This document shows positions 51,164-62,990 of a stretch of 64,000 bases of DNA, one piece after another. The notes beneath the pieces were generated by a model. It saw nothing but the letters and a program-made list of their open reading frames with translations, searched no databases and was not told where the DNA came from. Position 1 is the stretch's first letter. Every line of letters begins with the position of its first letter. The translations under genes and the position numbers were made by a program. Origin of the DNA: Octopus sinensis (taxonomy: Eukaryota); assembly GCF_006345805.1 (NCBI RefSeq), contig NC_043002.1:40610001-40674000 (forward strand), given 5' to 3'.

Positions 51164-51620
51164 TTAACCTAATAGCAGTTAACCCTTTTGTTGCTGTATT
51201 TATTTTGAGAAGCTCTGTGTTTCTTTCAATTACTTTAAATATAACAAAGAATTTATTAAAATAACTTAGTTATCATTAAGCTAGTGTTAGGAACATAAAT
51301 TGTGACTAAGATTTGGTGGAGAATTTTAATTCGAAACTTATGAAAACAAGACATTTGTACTCAGAGCCAGAGCCGGTTTCAGCTGGGTTGGTAACAAATG
51401 GGTTAAACTGGCCATATGTTGCTCAAATGTTCTATCTGCATAATATTTGAACCAACCAGATTTGGCCTCTTACATCTACCCTACAATGTATTTCGAAAAA
51501 TAAACATTCACATTATTGAAATCTCATAGCTATGAGATAATCCATGATTAATTAAAAGCAATGTGATGTGAATAAATAAACATTACATTTGAAAGAGTAA
51601 TCTAAATGCTAACGGATTAA
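51164..51620. mobile_element. TTAA element (51179-51406) inserted at a TTAA inside a second TTAA element
   Basis: Inner TTAA-CCCTTTTGTT...AACAAATGGG-TTAA; outer TTAACC.AATAGCA ... AATGCTAACGGA-TTAA. Confidence 0.72.
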
Positions 51621-54191
51621 GAGACTGAGGATGAAGTTAGATGGGGATTCAACTGGATCAAGGCACAAGGATTCGAGTATGTCATTTTATCCCTGATTCT
51701 GGTTGCTGAGGTAAAACAGTTAATCTGGACTGTGGCCATGCTGGGGCGCTTCCTTGTAGGATTTAATCAAACAAATTGACATCAGTGCATTTTTTAAAGT
51801 TTGGCACTTATTCTATCAGTCTCTTTTACCAAACTGCTAAGTTACAGACATAGACAAAACAACACCAGTTGTTATATGGTGGTGGGAGATAAATACACAC
51901 ATAAATATGTATATACAAACACACACACAACAAGTTTCTGCATAGTTTCCAACTACTGAATTCAGTCACGGCAGTGATCAACCAGGGCCACAGTAAAAGA
52001 TACTTGCCTAAGGTGATGCACAATGGAACTGAACCTGAAATCATGTGATTGCAAAGCAAGCTTCTTAACCATACAGCCATGTATATGCCTGTCAGTTTTT
52101 GTTTTACATAAATCATTCTTTAGATCAATTGATGAGGGTAACGAACTTCTGATAAGTATTGTTTTAGAATGAAGCCAACCTCTAAATGGTTGTTTAATTT
52201 GCTAAAAATAACACCCAAATCTTTCTCAACCTAAACGCTAGTCTTAAAATAGAAAGAACACATTGGATAATGTGGTACTGTAAAAAAAAAAGTAAAAAAG
52301 TGAAACAAAACAAAACAAAATAAGATAGCCATTGTATGAATATATTTGACCATGTCTGCTCTATCAGGGCTGACCTGTATGTAGTTAAACAACAATAATT
52401 ACTACTTAGAAATAAAATGCTTTACATAGATTGCCTTCTGTTGGTTCTGTTGTAGTAAGTAAATTCGAGCGTAAATTTATTGCCACATTATATTATGGCA
52501 TTTAAATTAAGCAACTTCACCATCTGCTAACATAATATAGCACTGGAACATTGCCATTTTGTTACTGAATATTAACTGGAAACAGTCATTAAATAACTCA
52601 CCATGTTCAAATTTGCCCAATATTGCTTTAACCTTTATTTATTGTCTTAATTACTGTAAAGGAAGAGGCTTGCAATAAATTAATAAATAAATAAAATAAA
52701 AATAAAGGAAAAACATAAAAAAAATATATGAAAAGCAGACAGTCTCCGGCCACTTCTGATTGAAATACATATATCTTAACTGAGAACATAATTACAAATT
52801 AATGGTCACATATTAGATATATATGTTACATATATGTTGCTAATTGATGCTGCACTCTCATCATAATACTGGAGAAAAAAATTATGTATGCAACATCAGC
52901 ATCACCATTTTATGTCCACTTTACTAGAGAGGTTGTAATGTCCCCTGCAAAATTAGTGTCGTCACAATTCTGCATTGTTTTCATTCATTGGAGAGAGAGG
53001 GGGGGAGAGAGAGAGAGAGCAATGACAGAAGAAGAAGAATGAAACAAAGACAATGAAAGAAGAGAAAGTATGATGAGAGAAACAAAGTAATGGACTTGTG
53101 GGAGTGGTAGAGGAGTGAGTAATAGCAGAGAAACACTGATGGCAGGTACTGTGCTGTTAATGGTAAGTGGGCTGAATAGAAACATAACAAAAGTAGTGTG
53201 ATGAGAGAGAATATAGTGAAAAAGAGAGGAAGAGTGATGGACAAAGAATTAGTAGAAGTGAAAGAGTGTGTTGGGAGAGAGATTGATATATATCAGCAAT
53301 AAGTGTCAGGCTACAGAGCAACATGAGAGGGGGACTGATGGATAGCAATAGACAGATGATGGTAAGAGAAAGAGAATGTTGGATAATGACAGGGATAAGT
53401 AATGATAAGAGAGTGACAGTGTCAATAAGAGTGAATTGAGGGAGAGGGAGAGAAATGAACAGCAGTACAGAAGGGTGATGGTAGAGTCATTAAAACATGC
53501 CCACTTCAGGGTAGCATACTGGTTAACCTTACTTAGTGTGTTGGTAAATGTGATAATATATAATTTAACATCTCATTTTACCTAAGTGGAGGTGGTGATG
53601 CAAGCATTAGTAATGGTGGCAGTATCAGGAGGAATAGTAGTAGTAATAGAAAAGACAGACCTGGTGTTATCCCTCATTACAGAGGCATCATGATGGGAGA
53701 GAGGTAGAGTGATAAGGGAATTTGTAGAGGGGGATTGAATATGGACTGGTCCAATGCTATCGTTCAATACATAGACACCATACTGCCTATGTGCCGTGCC
53801 TGTGTAATATGATTAGAAGAAAGGATGGATGATAAGGAAATAAGAAGATGGGAGAAGTAGTTGGAAACTGAACAAGAAGACAATAATGAGTGAGAGACAC
53901 AAATACAAATATATTATACTCTCAGTTTCTATCATTGCTCCCATTTTAATGTTTGTATTTCCATACTTATACAAATAGTCAGGTCTTCTCCAGCACCATG
54001 CATTTCCATTCTTTATGATCCTTTATCATATTCTTCATAAGGTTCTTGAAATCAACCTTCATCCCTTTATCCCACGTCTTCCTAGGTATCTCTTTTCCAT
54101 AGCTTCTGTACACTTTGAGAGCTTCCTTGACTTTTCATTATATGACTAACATCTTACGGTGTTGAACACTCATTCTTATTGTTCAATGACT

Positions 54192-54592
54192 ATCATCATC
54201 ATCATTTAGCATCTGCTTTCCATGCTGGCATTGGTTAGACAGTTTGAATGGAACTGGTAAACCAGAGAGCTGTACTAGGTGCCAATCTAATTTTGGCTTG
54301 GTTTCTATGGTTGGATAACCTTCCTAATGCCAACCACTCCTAGGATGCAGTAGGTACTTTTAATGTGTCACCAGCACAGGTGCTTTTACCTGTCACCGAC
54401 ACCGGCTACAACTATGATTTCACCTGACAAGTCTTCTCAAGCACAGTTATCGTCTCGGTCACTTGTCATCACCTCCATAAGACCCAACTTTTGAAGATCA
54501 TGCTTCACCACATCATCCCATGTCTTCCTGGGTCTACCTCTTCTACAGGTTCTCTCCACAGAGATCAACACTTCTTTATGCAGCTGTCCTCA
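54192..54592 (-). mobile_element. RTE LINE 3' end
   Basis: Minus EDSCIKKC...RRGRPRKTWDDVVKHDL plus the shared 3' UTR and (GAT)n tail. Confidence 0.8.
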
Positions 54593-54691
54593 TATATATA
54601 TATATTCTCTTCCGGTCATTTCAAAATGTAACATATGGGAATCGTTGGTGATTTTTTTTCCTCCATCTTCCTTTTCTATTGGACTTTCCTC

Positions 54692-54724
54692 TTTCTGAAG
54701 AAGAGCTTTGCTTGAAATGTAAAA
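54692..54724 (+). ncRNA. Minimal hammerhead-like motif in a probable Penelope pLTR fragment (~54605-54830), CpG-decayed
   Basis: UUU-CUGAAGA-AGAGC UUU GCUU-GAAA-UG-UA-AAA. Restoring two CpG>TpG changes gives GAGC/GCUC stem II and GAAACGUA. Confidence 0.55.
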
Positions 54725-55841
54725 CCACCTTTCTTTCCTTCCCTGAGCGTCTGGTAATACTTTACATGTATCACGTCCTAGTTGTTTTTTTGTGTTTGTT
54801 CTTCGTTTTTTTTTGTTTTTTTGGGGGGGGGATTACTATATCTATCTATATCTATCTATCTATCCATCTATATATATATACATACATAAAATAAAATGGG
54901 CTTTTTTTCCATTTCCATCTACCAAATCCATTCACAAGGCTTTCGTCAGCCAGAGGCTAGAGTCGAAGAAAATTGCCCAAGATAACCAAGCAGTGGGGTT
55001 GAACCCAGAACAGTGTAGTTGAGAAGCAAACTTCTTACCATACAGCCACACCTTTACACTTAGATATTTTATAGGAAACACATACCAGTATGAGGTACAC
55101 GTTTCTTTTTTTTTTTTTGTTTTCCATGTACCTGTGTTTGATACACAGTTTTATCACAAACATGATGAAGGAAACTAAGGAAGAAGATGAAAGAAGAAGA
55201 TAAAAGATTGCAATGATCAATGGTGTGATATCATTGACTTGGCTCACAGCAGTTGTAACTGTGAGAAAGATCTGTTAGAAGTGGGTGGAGGAAGCTTGGT
55301 AGGTGATGGGGTGTGATTCAGGAGCATTTAGAGAAATACTGAGCTTAATGCCACAGCTACTCAAACTAAAAAGTGCTGCACACTCCAGTTAAACAGATTA
55401 ATTGGTAGTAAGTATGAAAAATAATGACAATTTAATATGAATTAAAAACACTTGACTTTTACTGTTTCTCTTTTAAATATTCATTTATTTCGTTTTTAAA
55501 AAAATTTGATTTTGGTTATCACTATTATTATTATTACTATTATTATTGTTGTTGTTGATGAAATAATATAGTTATATTTCATAATCAAATACAATCAATA
55601 TTTTGATACACGTCAGCTGGCTTGGCAAAGAAGAAGAAACAGTACTAAGACAAAAAACAAAAAACAAAAAAAAATGGTTTAAATGAATAAACATACATAT
55701 ATACAGACAACAACAATGACAACAACAGCAACAAGAACAATAATTTTGTGTTGGGTGAGTGAAGAGTGGGGAAAGAACAGCTGAATAATTTTCCTAAAGT
55801 CTGGATTATGATCCAGAATGACAGCCAGTTTCTACTTGAAA

Positions 55842-55918
55842 CTACTACTACTACTACAACCACTCCCACGACCACCATCACTACGACGATGACGACAGCA
55901 ACGACGACGACGACGACG

Positions 55919-55960
<42 letters not shown>

Positions 55961-56019
55961 GTCACCACCACTATCACCACTATGGGATTGTTCCTGTAGT
56001 AGTAGTAGTAGTAGTAGTA
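55842..56019. repeat. (ACT/ACG)n microsatellite followed by inverted (GTA)n
   Basis: Directly visible. Confidence 0.9.
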
Positions 56020-56049
56020 AAACATTTATGTAAAAATAGTAATTTACAT

Positions 56050-56350
56050 AATCAATGCATTTGAAAAGTAGGTGTGTAGGAGAATGTTATGAGTCTTTTA
56101 CAACGACTATGGGACAAATGAATGGGTGTTACAAGTAGGTGAAAAATGACAACTCCTGAGCTTTGTGAAAAAACCAAAAGCTCGTCTATCATGGCTATAT
56201 CCAAAGAAGCAGAGGTCCAGGAAAACATTATTATGGAAGGAGGAGCAGAGGGTAGTAGATCAATCAAGGAGAAGGTAAGGAACGCAATGGATGGACAACA
56301 TCACGACCTGCTTGGACAGGAGTGGCAAAACAGCTGAAGAACTCGCAAAT
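56050..56350 (+). mobile_element. Old RTE LINE C-terminal fragment
   Basis: IIMEGGAEGSRS..RRR..TQWMDNIT resembles the RTE 'G.VEG.R.RGR...WMDNI' C-terminus. Confidence 0.5.
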
Positions 56351-56559
56351 AATTGAAAAGACTTTTGTTATAATGTCATCAATGAACTGCATGTGTATGA
56401 TATATGACAAAGACAAAATATAGTATGTACAATAAAGAATGCAGACATGCAATGTGTTGTTGTATTTATTATTAATAAGGAGAGGAGATCTATTCTGTTT
56501 CCATACAGCAGTTTATATGGTTAAAAGTCCCGCCCTTTAATCAGATGATTGCTAAATAT

Positions 56560-56958
56560 AGGTGCAGGAGTGGCTATGTGGTAAGTAGCTTGCTTACCAA
56601 CCACATAGTTCCGGGTTCATTCCCACTGTGTGGCACCTTGGGCAAGTGTCTTCTACTATAGCCTCAGGCCGACCAAAGCCTTGTGAATGGATTTGGTAGA
56701 CGGAAACTGAAAGAAGCCTGCCGTATATATATATATGTATGTGTGTGTATATGTTTGTGTGTCTGTGTTTGTCTCCCCAACATCGCTTGACAACCGATGC
56801 TGGTGTGTTTACATTCCCATAACTTAGTGGTTCGGCAAAAGAGACCAATAGAATAAGTACTAGGCTTACAAAGAATAAGTCCTGGGGTCAATTTGCTTGA
56901 CTAAAGGCAGTGTTCCAGCATGGCTGCAGTCAAATGACTGAAACAAGTAAAAGAGTAA
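56560..56958 (+). mobile_element. Full-length tRNA-derived CORE-like SINE (family B)
   Basis: Head GCAGGAGTGGCTATGTGGTAAG...GGGTTCATTCCC, CORE-like ACCTTGGGCAAGTGTCTT, (TA/TG)n middle, tail CAGCATGGCTGCAGTCAAATGACTGAAACAAGTAAAAGAG; short TAAATAT flanks. Confidence 0.88.
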
Positions 56959-57141
56959 ATATGGCTGAGCTTGTAGATATGTCCAATGTCAAAGGATTAT
57001 CATCTGATGGTGTTAAAGTAGGCCATTGGCTAAGGACAAGATGCTGTTGGTGATGAAGATGTTAAATTACAATATACAGTTAATTATGGAGGCAATGTGA
57101 TGATGAAGGTAACAGTAGCGACAAAGAAAACTCATACTTAC

Positions 57142-57182
57142 TAGGGTCTGACTTGGAAAATACATCAGCATCAATCAGTTTT
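57142..57182 (-). CDS. CPNE8-like: Copine (CPNE5/8/9-like) coding exon, start of C2A domain: (R)KLIDADVFSKSDP(M)
   Basis: Minus strand reads attatttctctatttcag|AAAACTGATTGATGCTGATGTATTTTCCAAGTCAGACCCTA|gtaagt. It is 41 nt with a canonical acceptor and donor and encodes the DxDxFSKSDP C2 motif. The terminal A joins TG of the next exon to give ATG. Confidence 0.93.
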
Positions 57183-57279
57183 CTGAAATAGAGAAATAAT
57201 AATGATAATGGTAATAGTAATAATGATGATGATGATAATTCGGAATTAGAGAAATAATAATAATAATAATAATAATAAT

Positions 57280-57880
57280 TGAAAATGATCCCATCTCACT
57301 TCTCTCTCACTCCTCTGGAACTTCACCATTCAAACTGACAGAAAGATAGATACAAATAGGCCAGACATCATATTAAAAGACTTCAGACAAAAATCATGCC
57401 TCCTCATTGATATGACTGTCCCAATTGATATAAACATATCTGTCAAGACCTACCAAAAACTGAGCAAGTATAAAGATCTTGAAATAGAAATTAGTAAAAT
57501 GTGGAACCTGAAGACTAAAACAGTACCTGTTGTTATAAGTGACCTAGAAATGATAGTAAAAAGGGCTGATTGTTACCTAGCTCAGATACCAGGAAATCCA
57601 AAAAGGCAGAAATTCAAAACATAGTGCCCATGGGAACTGCCCATATCCTACATAAAATACTGTCTCTGTAATCCTAAATTTTAAAACAAGCCTATGAATT
57701 TTTTGTTTTCTTAAACATTCTCCAGAATGCTTTGTGCAAAACCAAATATATGGCACCCTAGTCATAACACAAACTTGAACTTGTAACTTGTTGTCTCTTG
57801 AGGTCTCTGGATGAGACTTGAAGTCAGCTTGTACAAATACAAAGCAAAAGTCAAACATAATAATAATAATAATAATAATA
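57280..57880 (+). mobile_element. R4/Dong-type LINE 3' end (restriction-like endonuclease) in a (TAA)n tract
   Basis: LWNFTIQTDRKIDTNRPDIILKD...LIDMTVP...KLSKYKDLEIEISKMW (RPD...D...K.xKY RLE motif), with (TAA)n on both sides. Confidence 0.85.
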
Positions 57881-57883
57881 ACA

Positions 57884-58904
57884 ATCCTTTCTACTATAAG
57901 CACAAGGCCTGAAATTTGGGGAGAGGGAGCTAGTCAATTACAATGACCCCAGTACTCAACTGGTGCTTATTATATCAACCCCAAAGGGATGAAAGGCAAA
58001 ATGGACCTCAGTGGAATTTAAACTCAGAATATAAACATGAAAGAAAAGCTGCTAAGCATTTCACCCAGCATGCTAACAATTCTGCCTTAAGAAGAACAAC
58101 AACAATTGTTTCAAATTTTAGCACAAAGCCAGCAGTTTTGGAGAGAGTGAGTCAGTCAATTGACCCTGGTACTTGAGTGGCATTTTATTTTATCAACCCC
58201 AAAAGGATGAAAGGCAAAGTCGAACTCAGTAGAACCTGAACTCAAAATGTAACCAACCAAAAGAAATGCACTGGTTTCTGACTGAAGCACAAAGCCAACA
58301 GTTTTGAGAAGATGAAGTTAGTTGACACCAATGACCCCATTATTTTACTGGTACTTTATTCATCGATCCTGAAAGGACGAATGACAAAGTTAGCCTCAGC
58401 AAGATTTGAACTGGCAACATCAAAAGCTGGAAAAAATACTGCAAAGCAAATTTTACAAAGTTCTAAGAATTCTACTATTTTGTTGCTTTAAGAATTGTAA
58501 TAATTCTAATAAAAACACAAGGCTGAAAATTTTGTGGAAAAGAGGTGAGTTGATTACATCAAACCCAGAGGAATTGAACTCAAATAAAGCTGGAAGAAAT
58601 GCTGTTAAGCATTCTGCTCAGCATATAAATGATTCTGTCAGCTTGTCACCTTTTTAATAATAACAATAATAATCCTGTCTACTATAGGCACAAGGCATGA
58701 AATTTTGGGTAGAGAGCTACTTGATTACATTCACCTCAGAACTCAGTTGGTACTTATTTTATTGACCCCAAAAGGATGAAAGGTAAGGTTCACCCCAGTG
58801 GAATTTGAACACAGAATACAAAACCAGACAAAATGCCTCCAAGCATTTTGTCCAGCATGCTAATGATTCTGGTAGCTCACCACCTTTTTAACAACAACAA
58901 CAGC

Positions 58905-58939
<35 letters not shown>

Positions 58940-59372
58940 GGCCTGAAATTTGAGGGGAGCGGGATAGTCAATCACATTGCCCCCAGTACTTGACTGGTAC
59001 TTAATTTATCGACCCCTGAAAGGATGAAAGGCAAAGCCGACCTTGGTGGAATTTGAACTCAGAATGTAGCGACGGGCGAAATATTGCTAAGCACTTCATT
59101 CACAATGCTAACAATTCTGCCAGCTTGCTACCTTTTTAATAATAGTAATAATAAAGGTTTCAAATTTTGCTACAAGGGTAGCCATTTTTGGAGGAGGGGA
59201 TAAGTCGATTACATTGACCCCAGTGTTTCACTGGTACTTAATTTATCAACCCCGAAAGGATGAAAGGCAAAGTTGACCTTGGTGGAGTTTGAATTTAGAA
59301 CGTAATGATGGATGAAATACTGCTAAGCATTTTGCCTGGCATGCTAACAATTCTGTCAGCTCACCGCCTTTT
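57884..59372 (-). mobile_element. Head-to-tail train of 7 family A SINEs with (AAT)n/A-rich spacers
   Basis: Units at ~57884-58088, 58105-58270, 58272-58490, 58500-58655, 58673-58887, 58938-59135 and 59156-59372. Confidence 0.88.
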
Positions 59373-59948
59373 TAATAATAAATAATAAATAATAATAATA
59401 ATGATAATGATAATAATAATGATAATAATAATAAATAAAAGTGGAAAATAAAGCTAAAAAAATTACTTGAAATTCAAATTTCATTAAAATTATCACATTT
59501 AATTAATTGATAGGGATATAAAAGATGATGGAAAGTCATAACAACCTAATGAACAAAATAATGAAGCTGAAAATTTCCGCGTTGAATACTGGTATAATAT
59601 CCCAGCATTCGTTAGAACTACCAAAATAGTTTTACAGAAGAATGACTTTGGTAATTAGACATCCCACTCTAAGAAGATAGGGTTTTTCAAGTTCACACCT
59701 TCAGCCTGTATTTTGAATGGTTATTGCATAATAACTACTCTAAGTGTAAATCTTATTGAAAATTCATTAACCCTTTCAAATCTGTTGCAGCTGCCAGTTC
59801 TCTTAATAGCTTCAACTTAATTATTCTGATTGAAAATTCTGTTCTAAAGCATGTGTGTGTGTGTGCATGTATGTATGTATGTATGTATGAATGTATGTAT
59901 GTATGTGTGTGTGTGTGTATGTGTATAACCATTTCATATATACACACA

Positions 59949-59991
<43 letters not shown>

Positions 59992-61418
59992 CATATACAT
60001 ATATATATATACATAGGGAGCAAGAGAGAGAGGAAAGGAGAGAGAGAGAGAGAGAGAGAAAGAGATTGATATACAACACACATGTCCATTTCATCATACA
60101 CACATGTATTTATTTATTTAATGGTTGTGTATGTGTGTGGTTGTGTATGTTAACATATATATAGTTTTATGTACACATACATACATACATATGTACGTAC
60201 GTATGTAAGTATGTATATGTGTATAACTTATATAGTATCTTTATAAACAAGGCTAATTTAGCTTTTTCTCTGTGGATTGAAATAATGATGAACAACTTGA
60301 ATCGATTTTCGAATATCATTGGATTCTCAGAAGAGGTGTCTACATCAATTTTACCAATTCCAGAGAAACAATCAACCAATCCGTTTATATACTCAAGAAT
60401 TACAGTAGCTACAGAAAAATGGGGATATTAATTTGCATACCATGTTAACAGTCTGTTTTAAATATCAGGGGCCTGTCAATGCGGATCTCAGTCCACACAA
60501 TATTAAGGTACGATATGTATATATGTATGTATGTATGTATGTGTATACATAAATATATGTGTCTGTATGTGTGAGAGTGAGTGTGTGTGTGTGCATGTAT
60601 GTATGTATATATGTATAAAAAAGAACATATATGATGTTTAAACCTAGTATATATTCTATCAGTATCTTTTGTTGAACTGTTAAGTTACAGTGATATAAAC
60701 ATACCAACATCTGTTGTCAACTGGAGGTGGGAGGGGACAGATGCAGATACGACACAAAAGCACACACATGCACACACACATACATGGCAGGCTCCTTTCA
60801 GTTTTTGTCTACCAAATCCATTCACAAAGCTATAGTAGAAGGCTATAGTAGAAGACACTTGCCAAGGCTATAGTAGAAGACACTTGCCCAAAGTGCCTCA
60901 CAGTGGGACTGTGCCCAGAACCCAGAAACATGCAGTTGGAAAGTCAGCTTCTTACCACACAGCCATGTTCAGAATTGGTTGGGTTGTAAAAAAGTTTACT
61001 TTCCAACAACATAATTCTGTATATAGTCCCACTGGAGGAGTTCCTTAGTATCTCACATAAATGATCTTTAAACAATACATCTGATGTTGCTTTTGATGGT
61101 CACTAATAGTTCAGAGGATAGATAACTCATGGAATGAGCACTACTGATAAAGAATTAGCAAACAGCAACATATATATATGAAATGCTAAACTTTCTGGGC
61201 CTACTTGATACCAAGAGGAATATTCTAAAGATGACATGGTTTGTAATAGGAAGCCTTAAAGAAATGTCTGCTTGCCTACAGTGGATCTTGGTTAATTTTC
61301 TCTTTGTTTTACATGTCAACACAGTTGATTTATGCTGGAAGCAGGCAATCTGGTTTAATGTGAATTCTTTTGACCATGTCATTAAATCACCCACATAACT
61401 CCACTACATAAGCTGGCC

Positions 61419-61529
61419 CAGCGTCAATTTAAGTTCAATTGGCAACCCAGTTTTCTGATTGGCAATCCAGCTTTTCGATTATGTCAATCAGAAATCTGGG
61501 TTGTCAACTGAACATTTAACCCAGGGCTG
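61419..61529. mobile_element. Palindromic hAT-like MITE with 8-bp TSD
   Basis: AGCTGGCC at 61411-61418 and 61530-61537; CAG...CTG ends; internal inverted repeat GTTCAATTGGCAACCCAG..CTGATTG / CAATCAG..CTGGGTTGTCAACTGAAC. Confidence 0.6.
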
Positions 61530-61980
61530 AGCTGGCCCAGAGCTTAATATCACTTTCCCAATACAAAGAGACAAAGCTGTTAACCCTTGCTGTTATCACC
61601 ACTTTTATGGAAGAGCCAATCTGCCTTCCTAACCAACTACAGTGATTATTACTACAATGCTCAGTTACTAACCAGCCCCCTTGTTAGAACAGTTCTTTCA
61701 AGCATCTCTTAAATTTATCTTGCACACCAAGATTGAATTTTTTTCTATACACACTTAACTAAAACATTCCCACAACATGCAAACACACACACACACACAC
61801 ACACATATGCATATGCACATGTAATAATTCATTCCACAACCACAAAAACTAAGGAATTTCATTCACTAAAAAGATTTTTTTAAACTCAGCATCTCTATTA
61901 ACATTTTATCTGAACATTTCTCACTGAATTGGTTGAAGCTCAATATTTTTTATAAGTGCAATATATATATATATATATAG

Positions 61981-62012
<32 letters not shown>

Positions 62013-62624
62013 GTATACACACATATATATATATATACACATACATACACACATATATACACACACACACATATATATATATATACACATATATCAAAAG
62101 ATATATGTGTATGGATATATATACATACATACATACATATATACATACATATCTTTTGATATGTCAAAGAAAATGACTCTTTCTTTTCATCTACAACAAT
62201 GTATATAATGCAATTGTATACATTTACATATTCCTACGCCATTTTTGCTTATAAGTTTGAGGAGTTCATTAATGATTTTTCAGATGCCAATTGTAGAGAG
62301 AATTATTTTTTCTTTGTAGGCATTGCAGTGATATGCATATAGCTGTAAGTTGGTAAAATTTATTGTACTTATTTTAGATAAACTTTTTCTTTGACAGATG
62401 TACTTTCTATATTCTTAGATACTTGGATAGGTTTCAGCTAGTATTGGCCCATGACATGACTGACTTAATACTCCTACTAACACCAGGCTTTCTCTTTTCG
62501 GTGCATTTGTACCATATTGGTACTTTAGACTACTTTTTGGTCCATCTGTACAACACTGAAAGGCTGATATGTCTTGGCAATTTCTTATATTTTATATGAA
62601 TGGTCAAGCATAATAGTCTCAACT

Positions 62625-62990
62625 GTAGGCAAAATGCCTAAAATTTGAGGGGAGGGGAATAGTTGATTATGTTGACCCCTGTGTTCAACTGGTACTTATT
62701 TCATCAACTCTGAGAGGATGAGAGACAAAGTTGACTCGGTATAATTTTGACTCAGATGTGAAGTTGGATGAAATACCAGAAAGTATTTTGGCACAGGGCC
62801 AGCAATTTTAGAGGTGGGGGCTAGTGAATTAAATTGACCTCAGTGCTCAACTGATACTTATTTTATCAACCCCCAAAAGAGGAAAGGTAAAGTTGACCTC
62901 AGCAGAAATTGAACTCAGAACATAAAGACAAACAAAATGTCAGTAAGCATTTTGCCTGGTATGCTAACAATTCTGCCAGCTCACCACCTT
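62625..62990 (-). mobile_element. Two head-to-tail family A SINEs
   Basis: Same modules as the 57884-59372 train. Confidence 0.8.

Noticed and set aside
52596-52630. Strong minus-strand donor (AACATG|gtgagt) between copine exons
   Set aside because: No good acceptor or polypyrimidine tract, no copine-like translation, and the phase does not match the next exon.
60828-60890. Triplicated GCTATAGTAGAAG block
   Set aside because: A slippage duplication inside a family B SINE with no sign of separate function.
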